This document shows, piece by piece, positions 10,845 through 21,627 of a DNA stretch of 49,615 nt. Source of the DNA: Deltaproteobacteria bacterium (GTDB lineage: Bacteria > Desulfobacterota > Syntrophia > Syntrophales > UBA2185); assembly GCA_037143735.1 (NCBI GenBank), contig JBAWYD010000001.1, positions 1 to 49,615 of the forward strand, given 5' to 3'. Made by a program: the position numbers and the translations under genes. The notes under the pieces were generated by a model that did no database searches, was not told the DNA's origin, and was given only the letters and a program-made list of their open reading frames with translations. Every line of letters starts with the position of its first letter. Within the stretch, counting starts at the first letter, position 1.

Positions 10845-11546
10845 ATGGTTATGCAGAAAAAAGTTCTGATCGTGGATGACGAAAAAGATATTGTCGATCT
10901 CATTGCATACAATCTTGAAAAGGAAGGATTCGCGACGCTCAGGGCCTATGATGGAGAGGCGGCCCTTGGTCTTGCAAAGGCTAAGAAACCTGACCTGATC
11001 ATCCTTGATTTGATGCTTCCCGGTGTCCGGGGGCTGGATGTGTGCCGGTTCATTCGGAAAAATCCGGACACGGAAACCCTGCCCATTATCATGCTGACGG
11101 CGCGATCCGATCAGACGGACAAGATTCTGGGCCTGGAAATAGGGGCGGATGATTACATCACCAAGCCGTTCAGTGTCAGAGAGTTGATTGCCAGAGTCCG
11201 TGCCGTCCTGCGAAGATGGGATGAGCGTTCAAAGACAGCTAAAACAGAGACATTTCATTTTAAAGGCCTCCACATGAATTACGAGACTTATGAGGTTACC
11301 GTGGACGGCAGAAGGATTGAAATGAGTCCGACGGAAATCAAACTGCTCCGTTTTCTGACGCAGCATCCCGGCAGGGTTTATACCCGGGATCAACTCCTGG
11401 ATTATGTCTGGGGAGACGAAGCCTTTGTGGAGCCCCGGACGGTGGATGTACACATCAGCCGCTTGAGAGCCGCAATTGAAACAGACAAGGAAAATCCGCA
11501 ATATATTCTTACCGTCAGAGGGATCGGTTATAAGTTCGCTGCATGA
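10845..11546 (+). CDS. phoB: OmpR/PhoB-family response regulator (PhoB-like)
   Basis: Receiver domain ('VLIVDDE', 'DLIILDLMLPG', 'KPF') plus a winged-helix output domain ('VDVHISRLR', 'RGIGYKF'). Sits at the head of the pit/pst/phoU/phoR cluster. Confidence 0.85.
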   Translation: MVMQKKVLIVDDEKDIVDLIAYNLEKEGFATLRAYDGEAALGLAKAKKPDLIILDLMLPGVRGLDVCRFIRKNPDTETLPIIMLTARSDQTDKILGLEIGADDYITKPFSVRELIARVRAVLRRWDERSKTAKTETFHFKGLHMNYETYEVTVDGRRIEMSPTEIKLLRFLTQHPGRVYTRDQLLDYVWGDEAFVEPRTVDVHISRLRAAIETDKENPQYILTVRGIGYKFAA

Positions 11547-11610
11547 ACCCCTTCAGGGGTCACATGAGTCTGTCACTTTTTCAGAAAGGTTTATTGATTT
11601 GCTTCGGACA

Positions 11611-11650
11611 AATTCACCGATTTTTCACGATCCTGTCATCAAACTGTAAC
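11611..11650 (+). promoter_or_regulatory. Tandem Pho boxes upstream of pit
   Basis: Four 7-mers occur at exact 11-bp periodicity: AATTCAC cgat TTTTCAC gatc CTGTCAT caaa CTGTAAC. The last pair matches the E. coli Pho box CTGTCAT-A(A/T)A(T/A)-CTGT(C/A)A(C/T). A weak -10 (TAGTGT) lies 10 nt downstream. Confidence 0.6.
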
Positions 11651-11740
11651 AATTAACTGGTAGTGTCTGCCGAAGATTGTTTGCCGGTGTAGCCAATCGC
11701 CTTCACTGGAACAATATTATCATTATGAGGGAAAACCTGT

Positions 11741-12739
11741 ATGGATAGTTACCCGCTGGCAACCGTTATCTTCGTCGTTTTCATAGCTCTCATCTTTGAC
11801 TTCATTAACGGTTTTCATGACTCTGCAAATTCAATTGCCACAATCGTTTCAACCCGTGTGCTGAGCCCCCGAAACGCCGTCATAATGGCGGCCTTTTTCA
11901 ACTTTGTGGCTGTCTTTTTTGTCGGCGTTCAGGTGGCAAAGACAGTCGGTACGGGAATTATTAATCCCGCCATTGTGGATAACAGGCTTATCTTATCCGC
12001 TCTGGGCGGGGCCATAACCTGGAACCTCATCACGTGGTGGCTGGGTCTGCCCAGCAGTTCTTCCCATGCCCTGATAGGCGGCCTTATCGGAGCTGGTCTC
12101 GTGAAAGGTGGAACGGAGGTGCTGGTCTGGAAGGGCATCATTAAAACAGCGAGTTTTATTGTTCTTTCCCCCATCATCGGCCTGAGTCTCGGATTGCTGT
12201 TAATGGTCGTGACGTTAAATTTCTCCCGGTACTCGACGGTGGCGGGAGCGGACAGAATATTTAGAAGGTTCCAGTTGTTTTCTGCCGCCATTTTCAGCCT
12301 CAGTCACGGTATGAACGATGCGCAGAAAACAATGGGGATCATTGCCGTCGTTCTGTTCAGCAGCGGCTATCTGGGATCAACATTTTATATTCCTTACTGG
12401 GTTGAGTTTGCCTGTTATCTTGTTATCGCGTTGGGGACGATGATGGGAGGATGGCGGATTGTCAAGACCATGGGAACGAAGATCACAAAACTTGAGCCCA
12501 TGGGAGGGTTTTGTGCAGAGACTGCGGCTGCCATCTCCATTATTGGCGCTACGGCGGCAGGCATTCCCGTAAGCACGACCCATACGATCACAGGCGCCAT
12601 TATGGGAGTGGGCGCCACGAAACGGCTGACGGCCGTCCGATGGGGGGTTGCAGGAAATATCGTCTGGGCCTGGGTATTGACCATACCCATAGCGGCATTT
12701 ATTTCAGCTGCCATATATTTTACTTTGATCGCTTTTTAA
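11741..12739 (+). CDS. pitA: PiT-family inorganic phosphate transporter
   Basis: 332 aa polytopic membrane protein. The 'GFHDSANSIAT' and 'SHGMNDAQK' signatures are typical of PiT/PHO4. Confidence 0.9.
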   Translation: MDSYPLATVIFVVFIALIFDFINGFHDSANSIATIVSTRVLSPRNAVIMAAFFNFVAVFFVGVQVAKTVGTGIINPAIVDNRLILSALGGAITWNLITWWLGLPSSSSHALIGGLIGAGLVKGGTEVLVWKGIIKTASFIVLSPIIGLSLGLLLMVVTLNFSRYSTVAGADRIFRRFQLFSAAIFSLSHGMNDAQKTMGIIAVVLFSSGYLGSTFYIPYWVEFACYLVIALGTMMGGWRIVKTMGTKITKLEPMGGFCAETAAAISIIGATAAGIPVSTTHTITGAIMGVGATKRLTAVRWGVAGNIVWAWVLTIPIAAFISAAIYFTLIAF

Positions 12740-12791
12740 ATAATGAACCATGCATTCCATGAAATCGACGCCAGATATCATTTTTTTCAGC

Positions 12792-12831
12792 AGGTCATCA
12801 GGTTTTAACAATTATGTCATCAAGCTGTAAC
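12792..12831 (+). promoter_or_regulatory. Tandem Pho boxes upstream of pstS
   Basis: AGGTCAT cagg TTTTAAC aatt ATGTCAT caag CTGTAAC at 11-bp periodicity. A -10 TATGAT (12842..12847) lies 10 nt downstream, the same architecture as E. coli PhoB-dependent promoters. Confidence 0.65.
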
Positions 12832-12871
12832 ATTTATCCTTTATGATGTAAGAAAAAACGAGGAGGAAAAA

Positions 12872-13720
12872 ATGAGCAAATTATTAAAACAATTGTTGTT
12901 GGGTTCATTGTGCCTGTTGTTCAGCGCGGGTGCGGTGTGCGCCGAAAAAATCGTCATCAAGGGCTCGACAACCGTCCTTCCCCTTGCCCAGGCGACACTG
13001 GAAGCCTATATGAAGGCGAATCCGGGTGTCAATATATCGCTGTCCGGGGGCGGTTCCGGCGAAGGCATCAAGGCCCTGATCGATAAATCGACGGACATTG
13101 CAAATTCATCACGGGAAATCAAGGGCAAGGAAGTGGAATTGGCGAAATCGAAAGGGGTCAATCCGGTTGCCACGATCGTCGCGATCGACGCGATTACTCC
13201 GATTGTTAATCCGAAAAACAAGGTCATAAACCTGACCATCGACCAGTTGAGCCAGATCTACCAGGGCAAGATCAAAAACTGGAAAGAAGTGGGCGGTGAC
13301 GATCTGAAAATCGTTGTCATCTCCAGAGACAGCAGCTCCGGCACCTTTGAGGCCTGGGCGGAGATGGTCCTCAACAAGGCCAAGGTAGCGCCCACGGCCC
13401 AGTTACAGGCGTCCAATGGCGCGATTGTGCAGGCCATCTCTAAAAACAGATACGCCATCGGCTATATCGGATTGGGGTATTTAAACAAATCGGTAAAACC
13501 CCTGACGGTCAATGGCGTTCAGGCTTCGGCAAAAACAGCCATCTCGAAGGAATATCCCGTTGCAAGACCCCTGTACATGTACACCAACGGCCAGCCGGCA
13601 GGGGGTGTGGAAAAATTCATCAAGTTCGTGTTGAGCCCGGCGGGCCAGAAGCTGGTTGCGAAGGAAGGTTTTGTCCCACTCGCAGGAACAAAAGAGAAGT
13701 CGAAAAAGGGGAAAAAGTAG
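12872..13720 (+). CDS. pstS: Phosphate ABC transporter substrate-binding protein
   Basis: Signal peptide, 'GSTTVLPL', 'SGGGSGEG' and 'SRDSSSGTF' motifs. Followed by pstCAB. Confidence 0.9.
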   Translation: MSKLLKQLLLGSLCLLFSAGAVCAEKIVIKGSTTVLPLAQATLEAYMKANPGVNISLSGGGSGEGIKALIDKSTDIANSSREIKGKEVELAKSKGVNPVATIVAIDAITPIVNPKNKVINLTIDQLSQIYQGKIKNWKEVGGDDLKIVVISRDSSSGTFEAWAEMVLNKAKVAPTAQLQASNGAIVQAISKNRYAIGYIGLGYLNKSVKPLTVNGVQASAKTAISKEYPVARPLYMYTNGQPAGGVEKFIKFVLSPAGQKLVAKEGFVPLAGTKEKSKKGKK

Positions 13721-13760
13721 GTATTCCGGATAATCCGTCGTAAGATCCAGAAGGCGAATT

Positions 13761-14648
13761 GTGACAAGTTATTTCAGAGAAATCTTTATTAAGAATATTT
13801 TTGCATTTATAGCATTTATGTCTGTGCTCCTCCTGGGACTCATCGTTTTTTTCCTGTTCCGGGAGGGCATTCCCATTTTCCAGGAGATCTCTGTATCCAA
13901 ATTTATCTTTGGCTCAGCCTGGTATCCAACCTACGATCCGCCTGAATACGGGATCTGGCCGCTTATTGTCGGCTCCCTGTTGGTCACTCTGTTTTCCTGC
14001 CTGATAGCGGTGCCCCTGGGCGTGATGTCTGCCATTTACATCTCGGAGATTGCCCCGTCCGCCATTAAAGAGGTCCTGAAATCGATTATTGAACTCCTGG
14101 CTGGTCTTCCTTCCGTCGTGCTCGGTTTTTTCGGCATGGTCATTGTCGCGCCCTGGATGCAGGAAACCTTTGATCTGCCGACGGGACTGAATATCATCAA
14201 TGCTTCGGTCATGCTGGCGATTATGGCTATTCCCACCATATCGAGCATTTCGGAAGACGCCCTGTACGCGGTGCCGAGAGAGTTCAAGGAAGCCTCCTAT
14301 GCCCTGGGGGCGACAAAATTTGAAACAATAATAAAGGTTATCATGCCGGCGGCTCTTTCCGGTATTTCGACAGCCGTCATTCTTGGTATGGCCAGAGCCA
14401 TTGGTGAGACCATGGTCGTGTTGATGGTTGCCGGAGGTGCAGCCGCTATTCCCGAGAGCATATTCGATCCTGTGAGACCCATGCCGGCAAGCATCGCTGC
14501 GGAGATGGGCGAAGCGCCTTTCGGGAGCGGTCATTACCACGCTCTGTTTGCCACGGGTATCGTCCTGTTTTTTGTCACACTTGCTTTTAATCTGATTGCC
14601 GATTACATCTCTAATAAATTCAAGGAAGTAGGTTCAGGAACGCTATGA
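13761..14648 (+). CDS. pstC: Phosphate ABC transporter permease PstC
   Basis: GTG start. Polytopic membrane protein with an EAA-like loop 'EASYALGATKFETI'. Position in the pst operon supports the call. Confidence 0.9.
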   Translation: MTSYFREIFIKNIFAFIAFMSVLLLGLIVFFLFREGIPIFQEISVSKFIFGSAWYPTYDPPEYGIWPLIVGSLLVTLFSCLIAVPLGVMSAIYISEIAPSAIKEVLKSIIELLAGLPSVVLGFFGMVIVAPWMQETFDLPTGLNIINASVMLAIMAIPTISSISEDALYAVPREFKEASYALGATKFETIIKVIMPAALSGISTAVILGMARAIGETMVVLMVAGGAAAIPESIFDPVRPMPASIAAEMGEAPFGSGHYHALFATGIVLFFVTLAFNLIADYISNKFKEVGSGTL

Positions 14649-15499
14649 AGTGGCGTTATTTCAAGCAGACGATTTTTTTTACCGTGGTGCGCCTGTCTGC
14701 ATTGGTCATCACCCTTTCCCTGGTAGGGATACTTGTCTATATTTTTTTTCAAGGTTTTCAAGCCATCACCTGGGATTTTCTGACCCTGCCGCCGACGGAT
14801 TCCATGACCCGGGGCGGGATCATGCCGGCCATTATCGGAACCCTCTACCTGACCTTAGGAGCCATCTCCGTCGCTTTGCCCCTGGGCGTCGTTTCCGCTA
14901 TCTACCTTTCGGAATATGCAAAGAAAGGGATCTTCATACGCGTCATCCGCGTCGGGGTGAACTGCCTTGCCGGAGTGCCCTCGGTGGTCTTCGGACTTTT
15001 CGGTCTGGGATTTTTTGTTGTCTTTCTCAAATTCGGCTCCAGCATCCTCTCCGGGTCGCTAACCCTGGGGATTTTGATCCTGCCAACCATCATCGGAGCC
15101 TCGGAAGAGGCCTTGAAAGCAGTACCGCAGACATTCCGCGAGGCATCATTGGCCCTGGGCGTATCCAAATGGCAGACCATCTACCGGATTGTCCTGCCGG
15201 CGGCGATGCCCGGCGTCCTGACGGGCGCCATCCTGGGTGTCGGCCGGGCAGCAGGAGAAACCGCGCCCATCATGTTCACGGCGGCGGCCTTTTTCACGGC
15301 GATTCTGCCGAAATCAATTTTTGATGAGGTCATGGCACTGCCTTATCATATCTATGTCTTGGCAACGGCCGGTACGCACATCGAACAGACAAGGCCGCTT
15401 CAGTATGGTACGGTACTGGTACTGGTGGCTCTGGTGTTGGGAATCGATCTGATCGCCATCATTATTCGCAGCACGATGAGAAGGAAAAAAAGGTGGTAA
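14645..15499 (+). CDS. pstA: Phosphate ABC transporter permease PstA
   Basis: ATGA overlap with pstC. EAA loop '[14 protein letters not shown]'. Confidence 0.9.
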   Translation: MKWRYFKQTIFFTVVRLSALVITLSLVGILVYIFFQGFQAITWDFLTLPPTDSMTRGGIMPAIIGTLYLTLGAISVALPLGVVSAIYLSEYAKKGIFIRVIRVGVNCLAGVPSVVFGLFGLGFFVVFLKFGSSILSGSLTLGILILPTIIGASEEALKAVPQTFREASLALGVSKWQTIYRIVLPAAMPGVLTGAILGVGRAAGETAPIMFTAAAFFTAILPKSIFDEVMALPYHIYVLATAGTHIEQTRPLQYGTVLVLVALVLGIDLIAIIIRSTMRRKKRW

Positions 15500-16263
15500 C
15501 GGTGGAAAAAAACTTTATAATAAAAACGAGGGATGTGGATTTCTTCTATGGTTCGTTCAGGGCCCTGACGAACATTACGATTAATTTTGAGACAAAGCGA
15601 GTCACCGCCCTGATCGGACCGTCCGGCTGTGGAAAATCGACCCTTCTGCGGCTTCTCAACAGGATGAACGATCTGATCGACGGCACCAGGGTAGAAGGGG
15701 AGGTCCTCTTTGAGGACCGGAATATCTATGACCCTGATGTGGACCCGGTAGAGATTCGCCAGAGAATCGGCATGGTTTTCCAGAAGCCAAATCCCTTTCC
15801 GAAGTCCATATTGAACAATATCACGTTCGCACCGAAGCTATCGGGCATCACGACAAAGAGCGATCTCGAAGCCCTCGTTGAACATAGTCTGAAACAGGCT
15901 GTCCTGTGGGATGAAGTAAAGGATATTTTGAACCGGTCCGCCATGACCCTGTCCGGCGGTCAGCAGCAGAGGCTCTGCATCGCCCGGGCTCTGGCCATGA
16001 AGCCCGATGTCCTTCTCATGGACGAACCGACGTCGGCGCTGGATCCTATTTCCACCGCGAAGATTGAGGAGCTGATTGACGAACTGAAGAAATATTACAC
16101 GATCATCATCGTGACGCACAACATGCAACAGGCAGCGCGTGTTTCGGAATTTACAGGTTTTTTCTATATAGGCAAGCTGATTGAGTTCAATGCCACAGAA
16201 AAGATTTTTACCAATCCCGACGTGAAGCAGACGGAAGATTATATTACGGGTCGATTCGGTTGA
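15493..16263 (+). CDS. pstB: Phosphate ABC transporter ATP-binding protein
   Basis: Walker A 'GPSGCGKST', signature 'LSGGQQQR', Walker B '[11 protein letters not shown]'. Confidence 0.95.
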   Translation: MVTVEKNFIIKTRDVDFFYGSFRALTNITINFETKRVTALIGPSGCGKSTLLRLLNRMNDLIDGTRVEGEVLFEDRNIYDPDVDPVEIRQRIGMVFQKPNPFPKSILNNITFAPKLSGITTKSDLEALVEHSLKQAVLWDEVKDILNRSAMTLSGGQQQRLCIARALAMKPDVLLMDEPTSALDPISTAKIEELIDELKKYYTIIIVTHNMQQAARVSEFTGFFYIGKLIEFNATEKIFTNPDVKQTEDYITGRFG

Positions 16264-16275
16264 TGAGGTGACAAA

Positions 16276-16968
16276 ATGGAAGAAAGACGGCACACCAGTA
16301 AAGAATATGAACGAGAACTCCAGGAAATAAAGGAGGGGCTCCTTTACCTGGGCGCCCTGGTAGAAAAGGGTATTGAACGGTCAATCAAATCTCTCATGGA
16401 CAGAGACACGGAGCTGGCGCGAAAAGTCGTTTGCGATGATGACGATATCGATCAGCTGGATATTGAAATTGAAGAGAAGTGTATTCGTGTTCTGGCTTTG
16501 AGGCAACCGACAGCACGTGATTTGAGGTTTATCACGACGGCCATCAAAATTAATGGCCACCTGGAAAGAATCGGCGACATGGCGGTCAATATCGCGGAAA
16601 AAGCAATCATTTTGAATGAAGAGCCGCAGATGAAACCGTATATTGACATTCCCCGGATGGCCGAAATTGCACAGGGGATGATCAGAGAGAGCCTCGATTC
16701 TCTGGTTCATGAAAACGTCGATCTGGCAAACAAGGTCAGGATGGAGGATGAGACGATAGATGATCTCAATGACCAGATATTCAGGGAACTTCTTACCTAT
16801 ATGATGGAAGATGTCCGGACGATTCACAGGGCGCTGATCATTTCCCATGTATCCAAGAGCCTTGAAAGGATTGCCGACCACGCGGTCGGTATTGCCGATA
16901 TGGTGGTATACATGGTTACGGGCAAAAGCGTGAGACACGGAGCGATTTGCGACCCCCGGGAGGAGTAG
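16276..16968 (+). CDS. phoU: Phosphate signalling regulator PhoU
   Basis: 230 aa two-repeat helical protein with duplicated 'LERIGD/LERIAD' motifs. Lies immediately after pstB. Confidence 0.93.
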   Translation: MEERRHTSKEYERELQEIKEGLLYLGALVEKGIERSIKSLMDRDTELARKVVCDDDDIDQLDIEIEEKCIRVLALRQPTARDLRFITTAIKINGHLERIGDMAVNIAEKAIILNEEPQMKPYIDIPRMAEIAQGMIRESLDSLVHENVDLANKVRMEDETIDDLNDQIFRELLTYMMEDVRTIHRALIISHVSKSLERIADHAVGIADMVVYMVTGKSVRHGAICDPREE

Positions 16969-16969
16969 G

Positions 16970-18733
16970 TTGAAAAGCAGTCTGTTCCAAAAGGTATTCG
17001 GCAGTTATCTCTTGATGATCGTCCTTGCTCTTGTGGGCATGAGCTTTTTCATGATTCAGCAGATCGAAGTCTCATTCATCAGGGAAGTAAAGGAAGATCT
17101 GACAGCGCGGTCGCGTATCATGGCGATGATGCCGGGAAATGAAATTGAAAACAAAATAAAGACCCTGGCCGATATATCCCATGCCCGGATTACCCTGGTG
17201 GATCCTTCCGGTACAGTGATTGTGGACTCGGAGAAAAACACATCGGAGATGGAAAGTCATCTGAACCGCCCGGAAATTCAGGAGGTAAGAATCAAGGGGC
17301 ATGGCGAAGCGATCCGTTTCAGCCATTCCCTGGGTGTGGATATGTTCTATGTCGCATCACCGATCATGAATGGTTCTGAATTAAAAGGCTACATTCGCCT
17401 CGCAAGACCCCTATTTGAGGTGAAAAGATCGATGGATCAGATATATCATGCCATGTACTGGTTTATTCTAATCATTACAGCATCATCTCTGATTATGGCT
17501 TTTCTGTTTTCCCGGAAGTTTGTATCGCCCATCCGGAAAATCGGCTCATATACTCAAAAAATATGCGATGGCGAAAACCCCGGTACGCTTCTGGTGGAAT
17601 CAGACGACGAGATTGGGCAACTGGCAAAAAATATCAACTGCATGGTTGATCAATATCGGGAGAAAGTTCGGTATGCCGATGAGGAGAGGGGGAAGCTCGA
17701 GTCCGCCTTTGCCAGCATGATCGAGGGCGTGGTCGTTCTGAACAATCAAAAACGTATCGAGTTAATGAATAAGGGAATGAATGACATTATCGGGCGGCGG
17801 TATTCCGTTGACGTCATCGGCAAGACGTCGCTTGAGGCATTCAGGAATCTTGATTTGCAGAACGCTCTGGAAATATTCGATGAAACAAAATGCCCGATTT
17901 CACGGGAGATCAGCCTCGGCGACGAAAATCCTGTTATTATGAATGTCAATATTTCGGTGATTTATGGACTTCCCGGCAATGAAGAGAAAACAATGATGGT
18001 TTTTCATGACATCACCCGCCTGAAGAAATTAGAGAGGATGCGCGAAGACTTCGTTGCAAATGTGACCCATGAAATAAAGACCCCCCTTACCGCCATTATC
18101 GGGTTCATTGAAACCCTTCAGGACGGGGCCATTGAAGAGAGCCGGACGGCGAAAACGTTTCTCAACACCATTGCCGAGAACGCCCGCCGTCTTAACCGTC
18201 TTGTAGATGGTCTTCTGATTCTTTCCAACATTGAACTGGGTGAGATGACATTGCGCCTTGAAGGGGTGACTGTCGGTGAGGTTGTTGATCATGTCCTGCC
18301 CATTTTCGAGGGCAGAGCTCAGAAGAAAAACCTGAAGATCGACAAAAACCTTCCCGAATGCCTTCCAATGATTAACGCGGACAGGGACCGGGTGGCACAG
18401 GTTCTTCTGAATGTTATCGATAACGCCGTTAAATTTACACCCGACGGAGGAAGTGTAACCATCAAGGCATATGAAGAAGGTAAAGATTATGTGGTCATCC
18501 AGGTGGTTGATACCGGCGTCGGAATACCGAAAAGTGAAATGCCCAGATTAGGAGAACGATTTTATCGTGTGGACAGGGCGCGGTCAAGAGAATTGGGAGG
18601 CACCGGCTTGGGGCTCTCAATTGTCAAGCATCTCATGAAAGCCCACCAAGGCAGGATAGAAATTGAAAGCAGAATGGGCGCCGGCACGACCATATCCCTA
18701 CATTTCCCGGTTTACCGGGGGAGTCATTCATAG
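16970..18733 (+). CDS. phoR: PhoR-like sensor histidine kinase (TM-HAMP-PAS-HisKA-HATPase)
   Basis: TTG start. H-box 'FVANVTHEIKTPLTAI', N box 'NAVKFTP', G boxes 'DTGVGIP' and 'GGTGLGLSIVK'. Confidence 0.85.
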   Translation: MKSSLFQKVFGSYLLMIVLALVGMSFFMIQQIEVSFIREVKEDLTARSRIMAMMPGNEIENKIKTLADISHARITLVDPSGTVIVDSEKNTSEMESHLNRPEIQEVRIKGHGEAIRFSHSLGVDMFYVASPIMNGSELKGYIRLARPLFEVKRSMDQIYHAMYWFILIITASSLIMAFLFSRKFVSPIRKIGSYTQKICDGENPGTLLVESDDEIGQLAKNINCMVDQYREKVRYADEERGKLESAFASMIEGVVVLNNQKRIELMNKGMNDIIGRRYSVDVIGKTSLEAFRNLDLQNALEIFDETKCPISREISLGDENPVIMNVNISVIYGLPGNEEKTMMVFHDITRLKKLERMREDFVANVTHEIKTPLTAIIGFIETLQDGAIEESRTAKTFLNTIAENARRLNRLVDGLLILSNIELGEMTLRLEGVTVGEVVDHVLPIFEGRAQKKNLKIDKNLPECLPMINADRDRVAQVLLNVIDNAVKFTPDGGSVTIKAYEEGKDYVVIQVVDTGVGIPKSEMPRLGERFYRVDRARSRELGGTGLGLSIVKHLMKAHQGRIEIESRMGAGTTISLHFPVYRGSHS

Positions 18734-18794
18734 CAAATAATCCGGACAAAAAAATCCTGCCCCTCCGCTCCCGCAAATTTTTGTTAACCATCCC

Positions 18795-18822
18795 TTGACA
18801 TGATGGAATTGATGTATATTTT
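18795..18822 (+). promoter_or_regulatory. Sigma-70-like promoter upstream of groES
   Basis: TTGACA (18795..18800), a 16-nt spacer, then TATTTT (18817..18822). No CIRCE inverted repeat is visible. Confidence 0.35.
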
Positions 18823-18895
18823 ATGGCCTGACCCGTGGAGGGATAATATTGTCTTTTAATATTAAAGTATAATGAAGAAAGGAGAGGTTAGTAGC

Positions 18896-19186
18896 ATGAA
18901 GATCAGACCATTACAGGATAGGGTGATTATTAAGCGGTTGGAGGAAGAGGAGAAGACAAAAGGTGGAATCATCATCCCCGATACAGCCAAAGAAAAACCT
19001 GTCGAAGGTGAAGTCGTCGCCGTAGGCAAAGGAAAAACCGCAGATGACGGAAAATTGATCAAGCTTGACGTCAAAGCCGGTGACCGGGTTCTCTTCAGTA
19101 AATATGCTGGTACGGAAGTGAAAATTGAGGGTGTGGAACATCTCATCATGAGAGAAGACGACATTCTGGGAATCATTGAAAAGTAA
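18896..19186 (+). CDS. groES: Co-chaperonin GroES
   Basis: '[35 protein letters not shown]' is canonical. GGAGAGG RBS precedes the ATG at 18896. Confidence 0.97.
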   Translation: MKIRPLQDRVIIKRLEEEEKTKGGIIIPDTAKEKPVEGEVVAVGKGKTADDGKLIKLDVKAGDRVLFSKYAGTEVKIEGVEHLIMREDDILGIIEK

Positions 19187-19209
19187 TGACAATAAGGAGG
19201 ATAAGTTAG

Positions 19210-20853
<1,644 letters not shown>

Positions 20854-20890
20854 AAAGCCTGAATCAAAACGCAAATATATGATAACGAAA

Positions 20891-20922
20891 AGCCCTCTGC
20901 GAAACCGCAGGGGGCTTTTTTT
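20891..20922 (+). terminator. Rho-independent terminator after groEL
   Basis: An 11-bp stem AGCCCTCTGCG / CGCAGGGGGCT (one G-U pair), loop AAAC, followed by a T7 run. Confidence 0.8.
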
Positions 20923-20986
20923 AAATAGGGACAGCGCCCATTTATCTATGGTTCGGCAAGCTTTTCTCCATGAAAACGAGGGACTT

Positions 20987-21532
20987 TCAACCGTGCTCTT
21001 CCGTATCACAGTATTTTTGGAGTAATCGGGCATATTGGGGATTTGTTCTCAAACCATCCCAATCAGTATCCCTTTCGATATAGACAAGATCCCTGAAACC
21101 TTTGCGAAGAGCCTTCTCCAGGAATTCCAGCGCTGGCCCTTCTTTTCCAGAGAGGGCATGGAGGCAGGCTGTCGCGTAATAGGCCTCCGCCAAATCCGGA
21201 TCATTTTTCAAGGCCCGTTCAAAAGTCGCAAGCGCCTCTTGCTTTAGTCCTTCGCGTTTCGCAAGAATGACGCCCAGGTCGTAATATCCAACCGCATAGT
21301 TAGGGTTGATCTCGATGGCATGACGTAACGATTTCTCAGCCTCCAACGTCTGTCCCAGATTATCATACGTCTGACCGAGGAGATTATGATACTCCGGTTT
21401 ATCAGGTGCAAGGTCCACAGTCTTCTGGAAATTTTCAAGGGCTTCCATGTATCGCTGCATTTGGAACAACTTGCATCCGAGGTTGAAATAGGCAAAAGCT
21501 AATTCTTCCAAAATCTTTTTTTCATCTTTCAT
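20987..21532 (-). CDS. Tetratricopeptide (TPR) repeat protein
   Basis: 181 aa with about four 34-aa repeats of the pattern 'A..Y..LG..Y...G....A...F..AL..DP'. Confidence 0.8.
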   Translation of the reverse strand: MKDEKKILEELAFAYFNLGCKLFQMQRYMEALENFQKTVDLAPDKPEYHNLLGQTYDNLGQTLEAEKSLRHAIEINPNYAVGYYDLGVILAKREGLKQEALATFERALKNDPDLAEAYYATACLHALSGKEGPALEFLEKALRKGFRDLVYIERDTDWDGLRTNPQYARLLQKYCDTEEHG

Positions 21533-21627
21533 AACCCAAAACTCCTTTCACTCTTTGCACCAATTCCATAAAGACAACATATAGTCTTCCATTTCGGCTT
21601 TTGTTGTTTATTAATTTGTCCGGTATC

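Noticed and set aside
11547-11600. Hairpin GAACCCC-TTCA-GGGGTCAC after the phoB-like gene as a terminator
   Set aside because: The stem is short (5-7 bp) and has no following T-run, so it is not convincing as an intrinsic terminator.
18734-18895. Search for a CIRCE (TTAGCACTC-N9-GAGTGCTAA) operator or a sigma-32 promoter upstream of groES
   Set aside because: No CIRCE-like inverted repeat is present, and there is no CCCCAT-type -10 element. Only a sigma-70-like TTGACA promoter is visible.
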